A stretch of DNA of 64,000 bases. It comes from Isurus oxyrinchus. Its lineage: Eukaryota. Positions 1-13,200 of this stretch are shown here, in pieces. The number at the start of each line of letters is the position of its first letter. Position 1 is the stretch's first letter. Where the stretch lies: NCBI GenBank assembly GCA_026770705.1, contig JANJGN010000009.1, forward strand, positions 164,114,001 through 164,178,000. The letters run 5' to 3'. Position numbers and translations under genes: made by a program. The notes below the pieces were generated by a model. That model did no database searches. It had not been told where the DNA came from and saw only the letters and a program-made list of their open reading frames with translations.

Positions 1-482
1 TGCTTGGTAAGATCGGGAGGTGGGAAGTAGAGAAGGCAGCCGACCAGGAAAAGCTGGAGGATATCTCCAGGATTAATGACTGTCTCCAAGAAGAAACTCT
101 TGTAGCCTTCAGGCAGGGTATATATATGTTTATATAGCTGCAATTTAAAGTTACCTGCCACATCCCTTTTAACACTTTCTAATGCAGCATCGCTCTGATC
201 AGAATCAGATTTATTGGGGTTGTGCAAATGTCTCCCCAGCCTCTGATATAACAATAAAAAGCTGCTTTTTCCTTTCCAGTTGCAGTAAGAGGAATGTCCC
301 AGCCTCTCAATGTGACAGGACAGCCCAGGACTATGTCTCTCAGTGCAACACCCAGGAACACACACAGTGCAGCCCCCACATTGATTGTTCCAGTTAGGGA
401 GGGAAAAGCGTGCATGTGGAGTCAGTGTACAATTGGGAAGATATTGATTCTCACAACATTTCCACGGCTTTAAATCAAATTG

Positions 483-590
483 AGTTCTGTTGAAGGGTCA
501 TGAGGACTCGAAACTTCAACTTTGCTCTTCTCCGCCGATGCTGACAGACCTGCTGAGTTTTTCCACTTATTTCTGTTTTTGTTTTATTCT
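483..590 (+). mobile_element. Penelope-tail fragment with degenerate hammerhead-like motif (copy 35959-36066)
   Basis: agttctgttgaagggtcatgaggactcgaaac...agacctgctgagtttttcc. Confidence 0.75.
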
Positions 591-766
591 GAGTGTTTTG
601 CTTGGAGTCAATTACAAGCAGCGTAGACAATGTCTGTGTTTTAATTGTGTCTGGCTGTCCTCGTTTTTCACAATAAAATTTGCCAGGCTTTTACTCAACT
701 TTTATTCTGAGTGGTTTTTCTGAGTTTATGGAGATATAACCTCATATTCTGCTGAAATGCACTTTA

Positions 767-1273
767 NNNNNNNNNNNNNNNNNNNNNNNNNNNNNNNNNN
801 NNNNNNNNNNNNNNNNNNNNNNNNNNNNNNNNNNNNNNNNNNNNNNNNNNNNNNNNNNNNNNNNNNNNNNNNNNNNNNNNNNNNNNNNNNNNNNNNNNNN
901 NNNNNNNNNNNNNNNNNNNNNNNNNNNNNNNNNNNNNNNNNNNNNNNNNNNNNNNNNNNNNNNNNNNNNNNNNNNNNNNNNNNNNNNNNNNNNNNNNNNN
1001 NNNNNNNNNNNNNNNNNNNNNNNNNNNNNNNNNNNNNNNNNNNNNNNNNNNNNNNNNNNNNNNNNNNNNNNNNNNNNNNNNNNNNNNNNNNNNNNNNNNN
1101 NNNNNNNNNNNNNNNNNNNNNNNNNNNNNNNNNNNNNNNNNNNNNNNNNNNNNNNNNNNNNNNNNNNNNNNNNNNNNNNNNNNNNNNNNNNNNNNNNNNN
1201 NNNNNNNNNNNNNNNNNNNNNNNNNNNNNNNNNNNNNNNNNNNNNNNNNNNNNNNNNNNNNNNNNNNNNNNNN
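767..1273. other. Assembly gap (N run)
   Basis: Run of N. Confidence 1.
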
Positions 1274-1769
1274 CCCACACACACAAACAAACACAGTCAA
1301 ACATATGCACACACACAAATATCCTCAATAACCCCACAAACACCGATACGCACAGACAGCAATATCGTCCATCACGCCACACACACACACAGAAACCTAA
1401 GCACACACAGTAATATCCTCAATCACCCCCACACACACACACACATACACACACACACACACACAAACCTAAGCACACACAGTAATATCCTCAATCACCC
1501 ACACACACACACACACATTCACACACACACACACACACACATTCACACACACACACAAACCTAAGCACACACAGTAATATCCTCAATCACCCCCACACAC
1601 ACACACACATTCACACACACACACACACATACACACACACACACACAAACCTAAGCACACACAATAATATCCTCAATCACCCACACACACACACACACAC
1701 ATACACACACACACACACAAACATAAGCACACATAGTAATATCCTCAATCACCCCCACACACACACACA

Positions 1770-1816
<47 letters not shown>

Positions 1817-1875
1817 GCACACACAAACATAAGCACACACACTAATATCCTCAATCACATACACACACACACAAA
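1274..1875. repeat. Compound (CA)n minisatellite, unit ~60-80 bp (taagcacacacagtaatatcctcaatcaccc + (AC)n)
   Basis: Directly visible repeat. Confidence 0.95.
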
Positions 1876-2699
1876 CATGGGAATGCGTGATTCAGTTCAT
1901 TGTTGACATTCTTGATCCTCATTTGGCCCTGCAATATATCAGTGCACCAGCAATAAACACCAACAGATAAACGGGAAAAGTAACCAGTTTGGACCAGTAC
2001 TACTTACATCACCAGTATTTCTGGCTGTTCCTACTGGGCGACCGGTAATACCGCTGATATTGACAGTTTTACTGGTCCTACCTAGTTCAGAACTGGTCTT
2101 CATTTACCAGTTTGGAATTGGGATCGACTGGTGTCAGTATTACAGGGACTTCCTTCTGGGAATGACAATAAATGAATGTGCTTCTCAACTCACTGCATTG
2201 TCAACCTGAGGTCCATTGCTTTAGACATGTAAGAGTGAAGACTTTACCCATGTGGAACAGATTGCCTTTAGAGGCCTGAGTTTCCTTCCGGTTTCAATGG
2301 TTGAAAACTTTTTGTTGTGTACAGAATGGTGAGGGTGGATGTTCAATCCTAAATGAACGTAGTTCAGTTTCAGCGCAATTCATTAACTCCACAAATAATT
2401 TAACGGTTGATGACCAACGTAAATAAAGAGTTGAACTCTGAAAAAAATGTTTTCAAAGCTGTTGCACCTTGTCATGTAGATGGTGGCTTGAAACCACAAG
2501 AAAAATGTGCTGCTATTGTTAGGATTGAGGTGTGACAGAAACCTGTGGATGTACAACAGGTGTTAGTCACAAAATGAAGGGTTGTGTTTGCAAATGGGAG
2601 AAGAAGAAGAATTGCATTGTTACAGGGCAAACACGTTGGCAGTAAGTGTTTGAAGGTTAAGCAGCTTCAGCTCAGAACAGACACTGAGACACATCAGGG

Positions 2700-5600
2700 A
2701 GAAGGAAAGTTACCTGGATTCTTTGTGCCAGGAGGCAATCACAGCTCTTAGGACAGGGTGAGTGTGACTGCGAGTGCGGCAGGTAAAGGGACCCAGAGGG
2801 CAGGAGCGCAGGAGCCTCAGCCTTTACAATTGTTCTACAGGTCTGAACTTTTCTCAGCTTGTTTGGACAAGAGCAGCGGGTGAGCAGGGGGGATGAGCGA
2901 ACTGACCTTGGCACCATGGCACAGGAAACCATCCAAGTGGGGGGAGCAAACAGGAATGTAGCGGGAGTGAGGGATAGTATAGTCAGAGGGATTGACACCG
3001 TTCTCTGCAGCAAACAGCGTGAGTCCACACGAACATGTTGCCTGCCCGGTGCCAGGGTGTGGGATGTCGGCTCAGGGCTGGGGAGGAACTTGCATTGGGA
3101 GGGGGAGCACCCACTCATCGTGGTCCATGTAAGCACCAATGACATAGGCAGCACAGAGAAGGAGATTCTGCACAATCAGTGTGAGGAATGAGGCACCAGA
3201 TTAAGAAGCAGAACCACAAAGGTCATAACCGATGGATTATTACCTGAGCCATGTGCAAATTGCCACAGGACAAATCAGACTCAGGAGGTGAATGTGCCTC
3301 AAAGGCTGGTGTGGAAGAAGTGGGTTCTGGTTTGTAGGGCACAAGAACCAGTACTGGGGAAAGTGGGATCTGTACCATTGGGATGGTCTACACCTGAACC
3401 GTGCTGGGACCAGTGTTCTTGCAAGCCACATAACTAGGGAAGTAGAGAGGGTTTTAAACTAAATAGTGGACAACAGATCATATTCGGGATAATGTTGTAA
3501 TTCAATGGGCAGAGACAAGTCAAAAGATGAAGGTATTATTAGGAAAGATGAAAAACAGACACTGACAAGGGGGTATAGTGAGAACAAATCTAATAGTAAA
3601 TCAACCGATGAAACTAAAAGTTATAAAAGCATAAAAGGATAAAACTAAAAGCTCTGTATCTGAATGCACGTAGCATTCAAAACAAAACAGATGAACTGAG
3701 AGCGCACATAGAAATCAATAATTACAATTTGATAGCCATTACGGAGACATGGCTGCAGGAGGACATGGATTGGGATGTGAATATTGAAGGGTACAGGGTA
3801 CTTAGGAAAGACAGGAAGCGAGGAAAAGGTGTAGCGGTGGCTCTGTTAGTGAATGATGGTATTAGTACAAGAGAGGAAGAAATAATTGGAGCTTGTCAGA
3901 AAGTCATGGTGATAATCATGGGAGACTTTAATTTACATATAGAATGGAAAAGTCAGATGGGCAAAGATAGCCTAACAGAGGAGTACATTGAATGTTTTCA
4001 AGATAGTTTCTGAGAACGGCATGTTCTGGATTCAGCCAGACAGCAGGCTATACTAGACCTGCTATTGTGCAGTGAGATGGGAGGAATTAACGATCTCACC
4101 ATGAAGATGCCCCTAGGAAACAGTGACCATAATAGGATGAATTTTACATTCAGTTTGAAGGAGAGAGGAGTGGGTCTGTGTCTAAGGCGGGGATTTTTGG
4201 GCCCTGCTGCTGGTGGGACTCGCTGTGGGGGAGGCAGTTCCCCAGTCAGAAGCCCCAGTGACTTGCGACAGGACAGGAAGGGCCGGCGAGCGGGTGTGGA
4301 AAATCCCACTGTAAGTTTTTAAACTTTAATAAGGGCAATTATAAGGACATGAAAGCTGGGATGGCTAAAGTGAATTGGCAAAATATGTTAAGGGACAGGT
4401 CAATCGAGATGCAATGGCTCATATTTGAGGGGATATTTCAGAATGCACGTTCCAACGAGTAAGAAAAAGTCTAAGTGACGGACACACCATCCGTGGTTAA
4501 CTTGAATGTTTAAACATAGTATCAACCTCGAAGGAAAAGTATATAATTCTGCAAAGACAGGTGGCAGGTCAGAAGATTGGACAGAATAAAAGGAACAGAA
4601 AAGAATGACTAAAAGACTAATAAGAAGGGAAAATTTAGTCTATGAGAGAATATAACAGGAATATAACAACAGATAGGAAGTCTTTATAAGCACGTAAAAA
4701 AGAAAAGAGTGAACAAAGTGTGTGCTGGTCCTATAGAAGGTGAGCCTGGAGAATTGATAATGGAAAACAAGGAGATGGCAGATGAATTGAACAGGCATTT
4801 TGCACCAGTCATATTGAAAATGTTAGAAGCTATTATTAAAGAAATTATAGCAGGACACTTGGATAAGGTCATGGTCATCAGGCAGAATCAACATGGTTTT
4901 GTGAAAGGGAAATCTGTTCAACCAGTTTTTTGGAGTTCTTTGAGGAAGTAACATGTGCTGTGGAGAAAGGGGAACTGGTGGATGTACTGTACTGAGGTTT
5001 CTAGAAGGCATTTCATAAGTTATTGTGGAAAATAAAAGCTCATGGTATAGGGGGTCACATACTGGTATGGATAGAAAATTGTCTGGCTAACAAGAAACAG
5101 AGAGTAGGCATGAATGAGTCTTTTTTAGTTTGGCAAGATATAAGAGTGTTGTGGCACAGGGATCATTGCTGGGACCTCAACAGTTTACACTTAATATCAA
5201 CGACTTGGATGAAGGGTTTGAAGGGATGGTTTCTGAATGTGCTGATGACACAAAGATAGGTAGAAAGTAAGTTGTGAAGAGGACATAAGGAGGCTACAAA
5301 AAGATATAGATAGGTTTAGACAGTGGGCAAAGATCTGGAAAATGGAGTATAATGTGGGAAAATGTAAAATTGTCCATTTTGGCAGGAAGAATAAAAGAGA
5401 AGCATGTTATCTTAATGGTGAGAGATTGCAGAGCTCTGAGGTGCAGAGGGATCTGGCTGTCCTAGTGCATGAATCACAAAAGGTTAGTATGGAGATACCG
5501 CAAGTAATTAGGAAAGCTGATAGAATGATTTCATTTATTGTGAAGGAGATTGAATTCAAAAGTAGGGAAGTTATTCTTCATCTGCATAAGGCACGAGTGA

Positions 5601-5990
5601 GACTACATTTGGAGGACTCTGTACAGTATTGGTCACATTATTTAAGGAAGGATGAAATGCATTGGAAGCAGTTCAGAGAAGGTTTACCAGGCTAATACCA
5701 GGAATGGGTGGATTGTCTAATGAGGAAAGGTTGGACAGACTAGGCTTCTATCTGCTGGAGTTTAGAAGAGTAAGAAGCGAATTGATTGAAACATATAAGT
5801 TCCTGAGGGGTCTTGACAGGGTGAGTGCAGAGAGGATGTTTCCTCTTGTGGGAAAATGAGGGGTCACCAATTTAGAACAGAGATTAGGTGATTTTTTTGA
5901 ACTCAGAGGCTCGTGAGTCTTTGGAAATCTCTTCCTGAAAAGGTGGTGAAGGGGAGGCTTCGAATATTTTTAAGGTAGAGGTGGATTGGT
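2700..5990 (+). mobile_element. CR1-clade LINE, degenerate and internally deleted (ORF1 esterase, ORF2 endonuclease and RT)
   Basis: DSIVRGID / VHVSTNDI (SGNH-type ORF1), IAITETWL and IMGDFN (APE), QHGFVKGKS, MEYNVGKCKIVHFG, EAVQRRFTRLIPG. Contains stops and frameshifts. Confidence 0.92.
4186..4311. mobile_element. Harbinger/Tourist-like MITE inserted in the CR1 element
   Basis: Imperfect TIR GCGGGGATTTT...AAAATCCC(A/G)C flanked by TAA on both sides. Copy at 39594-39719. Confidence 0.7.
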
Positions 5991-6127
5991 ACAAATCAGC
6001 AGTAACTTGTGGCAATTCACGATTCATTGGCTTTTTTTTTCATCGTCAAAAGTTGCTGATGATTTTCACATTAAAAGAGGTGTTTGTTGTTCATACCCCA
6101 TTATATTTTCAGTACGTTCTAGCCCAT

Positions 6128-6720
6128 TGTTATAGAGTTGGTTTTCCAGGCAACTTTTCTGGGTGGAAACATTGAACTTTATTTACAAGACAGCAGCAGC
6201 AGCTACATGTGTGTATCTAACTCTATAACTAAAGGACAATTCCCCGTGGAGGTTCCCCATGCTGCAAATTGGTTGGTTTACACAGATCATGTTCTCTTAC
6301 AACAAAGGATTATTCTTAATGTTACAGTCCTACATTGATCAAAACTATAATTATTACATTCCTCACCCTTTACCTTTTCTGTACATTTGTATTTACAAGG
6401 ATGTTGATCTCATGACATTAAAATACTTCCACAGGTCATGAAATTATAAGCTTGGTCTTTCAAGTGGTTCCATGTGGAACGTTTTAGTTTCATGACCTCA
6501 GATTCTCTGACAGGAACCACAGTCTCTGCAATAACATCAGGTACCTCATTAGGCACAGGCTGATCAGTGTCGTCCACTCCGACAGAGACATCGGGCATGA
6601 CTATCCTTGGCTGTACAATTTTAACAGGAACAACAGGTTCAACAATGGCTACAGGTGGAAAATTATTTTGTGCGGTATCTCCATTCTTTTTAAATCAATC
6701 AGGAGCTTACCGGTGATCTA
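6128..6720 (-). mobile_element. Gypsy-like LTR retrotransposon 3' remnant: pol tail, polypurine tract and ~231-bp LTR (6128-6358)
   Basis: Minus ORF ending LKRSTWIRKPLERPSL* in the unit 2 copy, resembling the RRSTRxRKPPERL tail of Gypsy pol. Purine tract GAAAAGGTAAAGGGTGAGGAA abuts TGTAATA...TATAACA with an internal AATAAA. Confidence 0.68.
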
Positions 6721-7032
6721 CAAAGATTAGTAAATAAAACCAAAATATTAAGAAATCTCTGTATTCAATTTGACAACTAAATTTCAGAAATGAAAAAAAT
6801 ACCTCTGTTCCTGTGGGGTTTGTGGAAATTGGGAGGGGGTTCCTGTTCTAAATCACTTCACAATTCAGTATAAATACTAGTTCAGCTCATCATTATCCAT
6901 ATGTTCTAACATTTTAACATTCTTGTTTTCAGGATTTTATATCCTTTCAATGAAAATTAGTTTAGTTCTTTTGTTAAATATAACTGACAGAAGTTCAAGT
7001 TCTCAGGGGTCAGATTTCATCAGCTGCCTTAA

Positions 7033-7075
7033 TGTGGTTTCATGACCTGGCTTCCTGCTATCTTCTTCCTCATTT
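7033..7075. promoter_or_regulatory. Putative proximal promoter: RUNX-like TGTGGTT plus two ETS/PU.1-like GGAA cores
   Basis: TGTGGTT at 7033-7039, CTTCCTG at 7051 and CTTCCTC at 7065 (GAGGAAG on minus), 100-140 nt before the ATG. The ETS cores are conserved in gene 2 (42468-42490). Motif match only. Confidence 0.4.
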
Positions 7076-7175
7076 AAATTCCTTGTATCATTTATATTAG
7101 ACAATTATTTCAACGTGAGAAACAAGAGCTGAGTGTCTGGAAACAAGTTCTGTCCTGATCTTTGTGAACAAAATG

Positions 7176-7212
7176 ATGTGGATTTTGATTCTCCTCATTA
7201 GTTCTCTGCCCG
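7176..7212 (+). CDS. Gene 1 exon 1, signal peptide MWILILLISSLP (extra in-frame ATG at 7173)
   Basis: ATG, hydrophobic run, then G|GTGAGT donor (phase 1). Joins VLGALWA of the V exon. Conserved at 42593. Confidence 0.85.
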
Positions 7213-10200
7213 GTGAGTGACAGCCAGAGCTGGATGTTCCGATATTCTGAGTTGGTTTAACTCTCGTGCGCTGGTTATACAGGAGATGTTTAAATATTTG
7301 GAGACATGCAAAGGCACAAGAGAGGTCTTGGGCACAGTGGGTAGTGTCTCTGTATCTGAGCCAAAAGCTCTGTGTTTGAGTCCCACTTCTGTTCTTGTTG
7401 AGAATGGAAGGCGCGTTCTAACCAGGACCAACAGATTGATTATCAACCTGAAAATCTTCCAACAGACCGAAGGCTGGTGGTAAGAGGGTTTAAGATCCCA
7501 GTCCAACATGTTTGATGTGGAGTGGTGCCGCTCATTCTGTTGTCTCCGGAGGTTAGTGACCTGTTCCAGGGAAAACAAGCTTTGGAAAGCAAAAGTAAAC
7601 ATGTGCTTTGTCTGCCGCATCCGTCTCTAGATGTGGGAAGTCTCCTAAGTCTAAAGGCACAAAATAGTCAGCAAAACCAAATGAGTAATAATTGTGAAGT
7701 ATTTTATTACCCTGTGAATTAACTATCACACCATGGGAATAGTTAACAAATAAACTGAACTGCATTATTAATTATGAATGATAAGTAAAGGAGAATTAAA
7801 TTTTCAGAATGCTATGCAAGCAACATTTTGAAAATGAAAACCTTTTTTAATTGGTAATTTTCAATATAATCTGATGTCCAGTATAGACTGAAGACTGCAG
7901 CGGTAATAATCCCACAAATAAAACATGTCCCAAGTTGGCGAATATTTCTGTTTTTTAAAGTACAGTTGATGAAATATTGTGTTATGAGGCTCTCTCAGTG
8001 ACACTGTTCCTCACTGGTAGATGGTTGGTCTACATCACTCTTCTCATAAGTAGCCTTTTCTTGTTCATTCTTTAACTTTAAGAAACTAGATTTTGCTCAT
8101 CACTCAGTATTGCCACCTCTCCATCATTTCGATGAATCTATTTTATAACACACAATGTTAAACTCCCAGCCCCATCTGCTCTTAACCACCTCCCCAAAAT
8201 AGTTTGTGCCTCTAGCTGATCAATTTAATGCAGAATACTCGATGTACTTATGGACAGGAAACTGAATCATGTTTCTGTCTGTTTGGCAATCTTCTTCTTT
8301 TCAATCCTTCCTCTTTCTGATCTGATCTCTTTCCCATTCCCTTTTCATCTGTAACTTTTCCTGTATCTTTTTCCTTTTCTTCACTTCTCTCTAGCCATTT
8401 AATTATTTTCAATCTCTCTTTTGTTATTTTAGTGCAAACTCTTTCCCCACAGCATGAGTTTCTCTCCCAGCAAGGCCATTGGTCTCATGAAAGTTCAAGT
8501 CAAGGCATCCAAATCCCTACCTCAGGAATCCATCCATACTGTAAGGCCACCTATCACACAACCTCGCAAACCTTCAAGACCTTCAAATCCTACCTTTGGA
8601 CATCCCTAACTCATTCAAGATCTGAACAACCCCTCCTGCAAGGACACAAACCTACCCCGCACCCCACCCATCTCAGATCAGAGCAGGGAACTGTCGGATC
8701 CTGTGACCCCCTCCACACTGCTCCCCAGCCGACTGCAAATCAGGCCTGTCAATCAGACTGGTTTCTGGCTGTGGAACCTCCTGATGATGTCAAACGCAGT
8801 CTAGGGTGAAACCCCAAAATATGAGGCAGAACCCCAATTTCCAGGTTCCCTCACTCTACCAGCCCCTGCCAATATGTCAAGAAAATGTCCCAATTATCTC
8901 ACGAGTATATCATTGTCTGAGACGTGCTTTGGAACCACAGTGAGGCTCTGATAAGTGTCTATATGAATGATTACTCTCATCACAAACTTGATGGAATTTA
9001 ACTCATTAAAATGCATCTGTTTGAATTAAACAGTTATTTCCTGTTCAATTCCTGAAATGTTCTCTCCTCAGTTTTAGGTGCATTGTGGGCAAAAGAGAGA
9101 GTAACAGGAGTTGTGGGAAGAGCGATCACAATAGAATGTCACTATGATGCATGGAGGTACAAGTCACATATAAAATATTGGTGTCGCGGCTGGACTCGCC
9201 AGTGTAATGTTGTAGCATCAACAAATAGGCCAAATGGAAGAATATCGGTCACAGATAACAAGTCACAAGGAATATTTATTGTTACTATGGAGGATCTTCA
9301 CTCAGGAGATACAGGATGGTACAGCTGTGGTATTGAAGCAACTGGCCACGATCCAATGTTTAATGTAAAGCTACAAATATCTTACGGTACATTTCTTACT
9401 GTTTTTCTTTATTACTCTCGACTGAAATGTCTGCTCAATGTTTTATCTGGGAGGAAACATGACAGCTCCGATATCCCGAGGCTCCACAGCAATGCAGAGT
9501 CTTAAAGGTAAAGGGCAGAGGTCGGGAAATCCGACTCATGTTACCCAAACCCAATTCATGGCCTGTCAAACATGTCAGAATTGAACGTTACAAGTGAACT
9601 AAACGGAAATTGAGAAGTTGTTTTGATGGTAAAAGAAGCCTCTTTATTAATTGTTGAGACATTGGGCTGGATATTCAGCCTCAAAGCGGGTAGGGGCAAT
9701 TCAGAAAATTCCCCGCTCGGCCTTGGAAGAAAGTGCCCACAAAGGTGGGATTCCCATTGCTGGGAGCTGTGCCCGGGCTGCAGTCTGGCCAGCCACACCA
9801 GGAAGAAATGCAGAGGCAGCCACAGGGGCTGCCGGCTGCGGAGACGGGCTGTTTAAAAGGCCCCTCCTTAATGCCCTTGGACTTTGTAACAGCTAAACTC
9901 AAAACACAAAGGCCCTTCACCCCTCACCCCTCACAGCCCCCAAAGGGGGTGGATGTGAGGGGAAAATTTGTCATGAGGGGGCTTGGAGGTGGGTGGAAGT
10001 GTACAGCTTGAAGTCAGGAGCATGAGGGGGTATAAGGCGTGGGTATAGGGATAGAGGGGGAACGAAGGGCCAAGCGGGTTGGATGGGGGTGTGACTTGAC
10101 ATAGCGGGCATGAGATGCACCTTTTGAACTTAGCTGTTAAAAGATCCCCTCATGCAGACCAGTGTTTACAGCTCCTCTGAGGGGCTTTGGACTACGACTC

Positions 10201-13200
10201 AATCAAAACCTGGCCCGAGTCCATGAAAATTGCAGAGGAGTCGGACGTCACTTTGGTCTGAAGGCTGCACAAAGCACAGGGTAGAGGCCCTGGACTAAGA
10301 CACCTGCCTTTATCTTGTACAGAAAGTGTTCACATGTGAGTGACATGAACATTGCTCATCAAAACAAGGAGCGATAGGCAGGGAGACATTCTTTGGAGTT
10401 TATTGACAATAATGAACAGTATGTACAAGTGATTAACACCCGTGCCCAGGACGTGAAACTACTTCTCCTCAACCACGCGGTGTCTGGCAGCACTGTTGAG
10501 ACCTTCTGTGCTCGGTGGGTGACCACGGGGGTTGGGGTCCTTTATCCAGCCTCTTAATCACATTTTGGTTTGATGTTGTAAGTGTCCTTTAAATCATGTC
10601 TTTGGTTTTGCAGTGACCCTAACTTAGGGGCTGCGTTTTATATTATCCCTCATTTTGTTAATTTAGTTTATTGGGTTGGCTTTAAAAGAGCTACATCTTC
10701 TCAACTTTCCTAATCCTCCCGCTACATCTTGGTGCTCCGCAGACATCCACAGTGGAGGTAAAGACAGTCTGCTGACTGCTATGCTCTGTCTGTGATAACT
10801 TTGGCGGGCATCCTCTGGAGGCCTGAGGCCTGGAGGGCCCCGGCTTCCTTTCGAGGTCCTACTGTGTGGCATTAGCACGCTCCTTGTCCTGTGGACTGGG
10901 AGCTGTCAAGGTCACAGTAAGAGGGGAGTTACCAGGATGAATGGCCCCGGAGGGTACACATGTTGATCCTTCTCGCTATGGGTACCCAATGGCCATTGGC
11001 TGAATCCTTGAGGAGCAGGTGTAGCTGGAGTGAGATCGAGCTGCCTGCACCCCTCTCGCATACACACTGTCAGGGGCCAACTATACATCAGCAATGGAGT
11101 TCAGCCCCGCAGCAGTGTAGGAACAATGCCCTGGACCAACGTCTCCATGGCAGCTGCCATCCTACCAGTGTTGACCTCGGTGCAGTGACATGCCGGCGCT
11201 ATCACCTCAGAGTGCAGGCGGATGGACTCCTCCATTGTGCCTTGCAATCTGAGGGGTGCAGCAGATATCCCTTCCTGATGTTCCCGCGTTGGCCTTTCCA
11301 GCTCCAGCAACTGTGACATGACCAAATCCAGAAACGCGTCACCTGACTCGAACTCAGCAAATTTATGGCCTCCAGCTGCCCACTGAGTGCCGGACACCTG
11401 GGAAGCCCCTGCCGCTGCCAGTTGTGGATCAGGCAGTGCAATTTGCTCACCAGCTGTGACCCTGAGTCTACTCTAAAGCTAGATCTCACCGAGGGGTGTG
11501 CCTCTGCACTGGTGGAGGGTGTGGGTGAGGGCAGTGATGGTACAGCAAGGAGGGTCCCTCCAGGTTCCTCTTCAGAGATTTCTTTGGGGATTACTTGGTG
11601 TCCCTGGTTCTCCATCGGCTGTTTCCCAGATGTGCGTGTGGAAGCAAGTGGAAATATTTTGTGCATGGCAGTGGCCTGTGAAACAGGACACATCACTCAC
11701 AGCATGGTTGTCTGATGGATGTTGCACTGCTGGACCCTCACTTGGCTGAGCACCGCAGACCTCACCGTCAGAACAGGATTGGTCCAGGCCGTTGCCGGCC
11801 AGCTGGATGGCTCTGTTTACAAAGTACTAGTACCGTTCAGGAACATGATGTTCATATTTTCATACATGTCGCTGAATTTGTCAGTCACATTTACGCCTCT
11901 ATTATCAACCAAAGAGCGGGATTGTCCCCGATTTGCACTAAGTGCGTTAGTGGGCGGGGGAATTGATGTTTTACCCACCGGCCACAATGGGGGGTTTTCA
12001 GGCCGCATCGTCCCAAACCCAACGCATTAGTTATGCATTCCCGGGAAACATACCATTTCCATGGTGAGTGGGATCTCATTCACCCCAAACACCATCATTT
12101 CACTGCTTCATCAGGCCCAGCACCATATGTAAAGTCCAGCCTCGTGCACACATCTCAGTGTTTCCAACCCAGGACCACTGCAGGGAAGATATCCCCAAGA
12201 GGCAAAAGGACTGTAGCTCCCAGGTTTAGTGAGCTGTCACTGCAACACATTGTGTACACTGTGGGGGCCCTGCTGTGATGTCCTCTACTCCCACTCTGGC
12301 TGCAGTATGGACAGCGCTGTGACCAACCAGGCCTGGGAGGCGGGGGCAGCGGTGGTCTACCCACTGAATTTTATTAAGTTAACCCTCACTGTCAGATAAT
12401 GTAGACAGTATGAAAAGTGTGGATGAGAAACCCTTAGAAACTGTCCTTGCTGGATGGAAACAAATACTGGAGAGATTGGAAATTTCTAAATGAAATGAGT
12501 GGATGCCTGATTGTTTTAGAGAATGAAATGCAGGTACAACAAATTTTTTAGGGATCTGAGGAGAGGGCTATCTTGCAATATGATGAAGTATAGAATATTG
12601 AGATTTTTAATTCAATTTGTTTCACACTTTTTGGTCACCATATTAACTGAAAATTTTATTTAAATGAGAGAAGGTCATCACCTAATCGTTTACTAATTGT
12701 GTTTAATTGTATGCAGTGGTGGCATTAATTGGTGATTCACTTGTGCACCTATAAACAGATGCAGACTGAAACTGCGGGTGGTGGATTTAATTAGAATCAC
12801 ACAGTAAACAGCACTTTAAAACAGTTCCACAAGTCTTAACCTATCTAACCTCAGAGCTAATCTTTCTCTTTTCCGTTCAGCAACTAACACTATAGATTTA
12901 AAAAGCTATAGAAGTCCAATAATTTTACCACACAGTGCTTTCACATTGGGGTGTCCACTGACAGCAACTGGGTCTTCAGATCTGGGCCTTGTTCACACTG
13001 TCTCCTGGGAATTCTGACCAGCTACCCTGCTGTCTTCAGGGAGATCTGGCCAACCATCCTGCTGTGTTCTGGGAGATCTAAGCAGCTACCCCCTCACATA
13101 GGCTTCAGTATTCCCTTAAATGTGTTTCTTCTCTTTCATCTCTCTTTGTTGAAACCAGTCTGTTCAGAAATGCTTTTATCCCAGGATTGATTAAATCAAT

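Noticed and set aside
726-1413. Long ORFs of X residues (also 36202-36778)
   Set aside because: Artefacts of N gaps and (CA)n repeats.
1274-1875. Constant ~30-nt repeat with variable spacers resembling a CRISPR array
   Set aside because: The spacers are just (AC)n tracts, the context is vertebrate and there are no cas genes.
9072-9505. Rearranging Ig/TCR V segment
   Set aside because: The exon encodes the whole domain through the G strand and ends at a splice donor. No heptamer-spacer-nonamer RSS follows, and the Cys pattern is CD300/pIgR-like.
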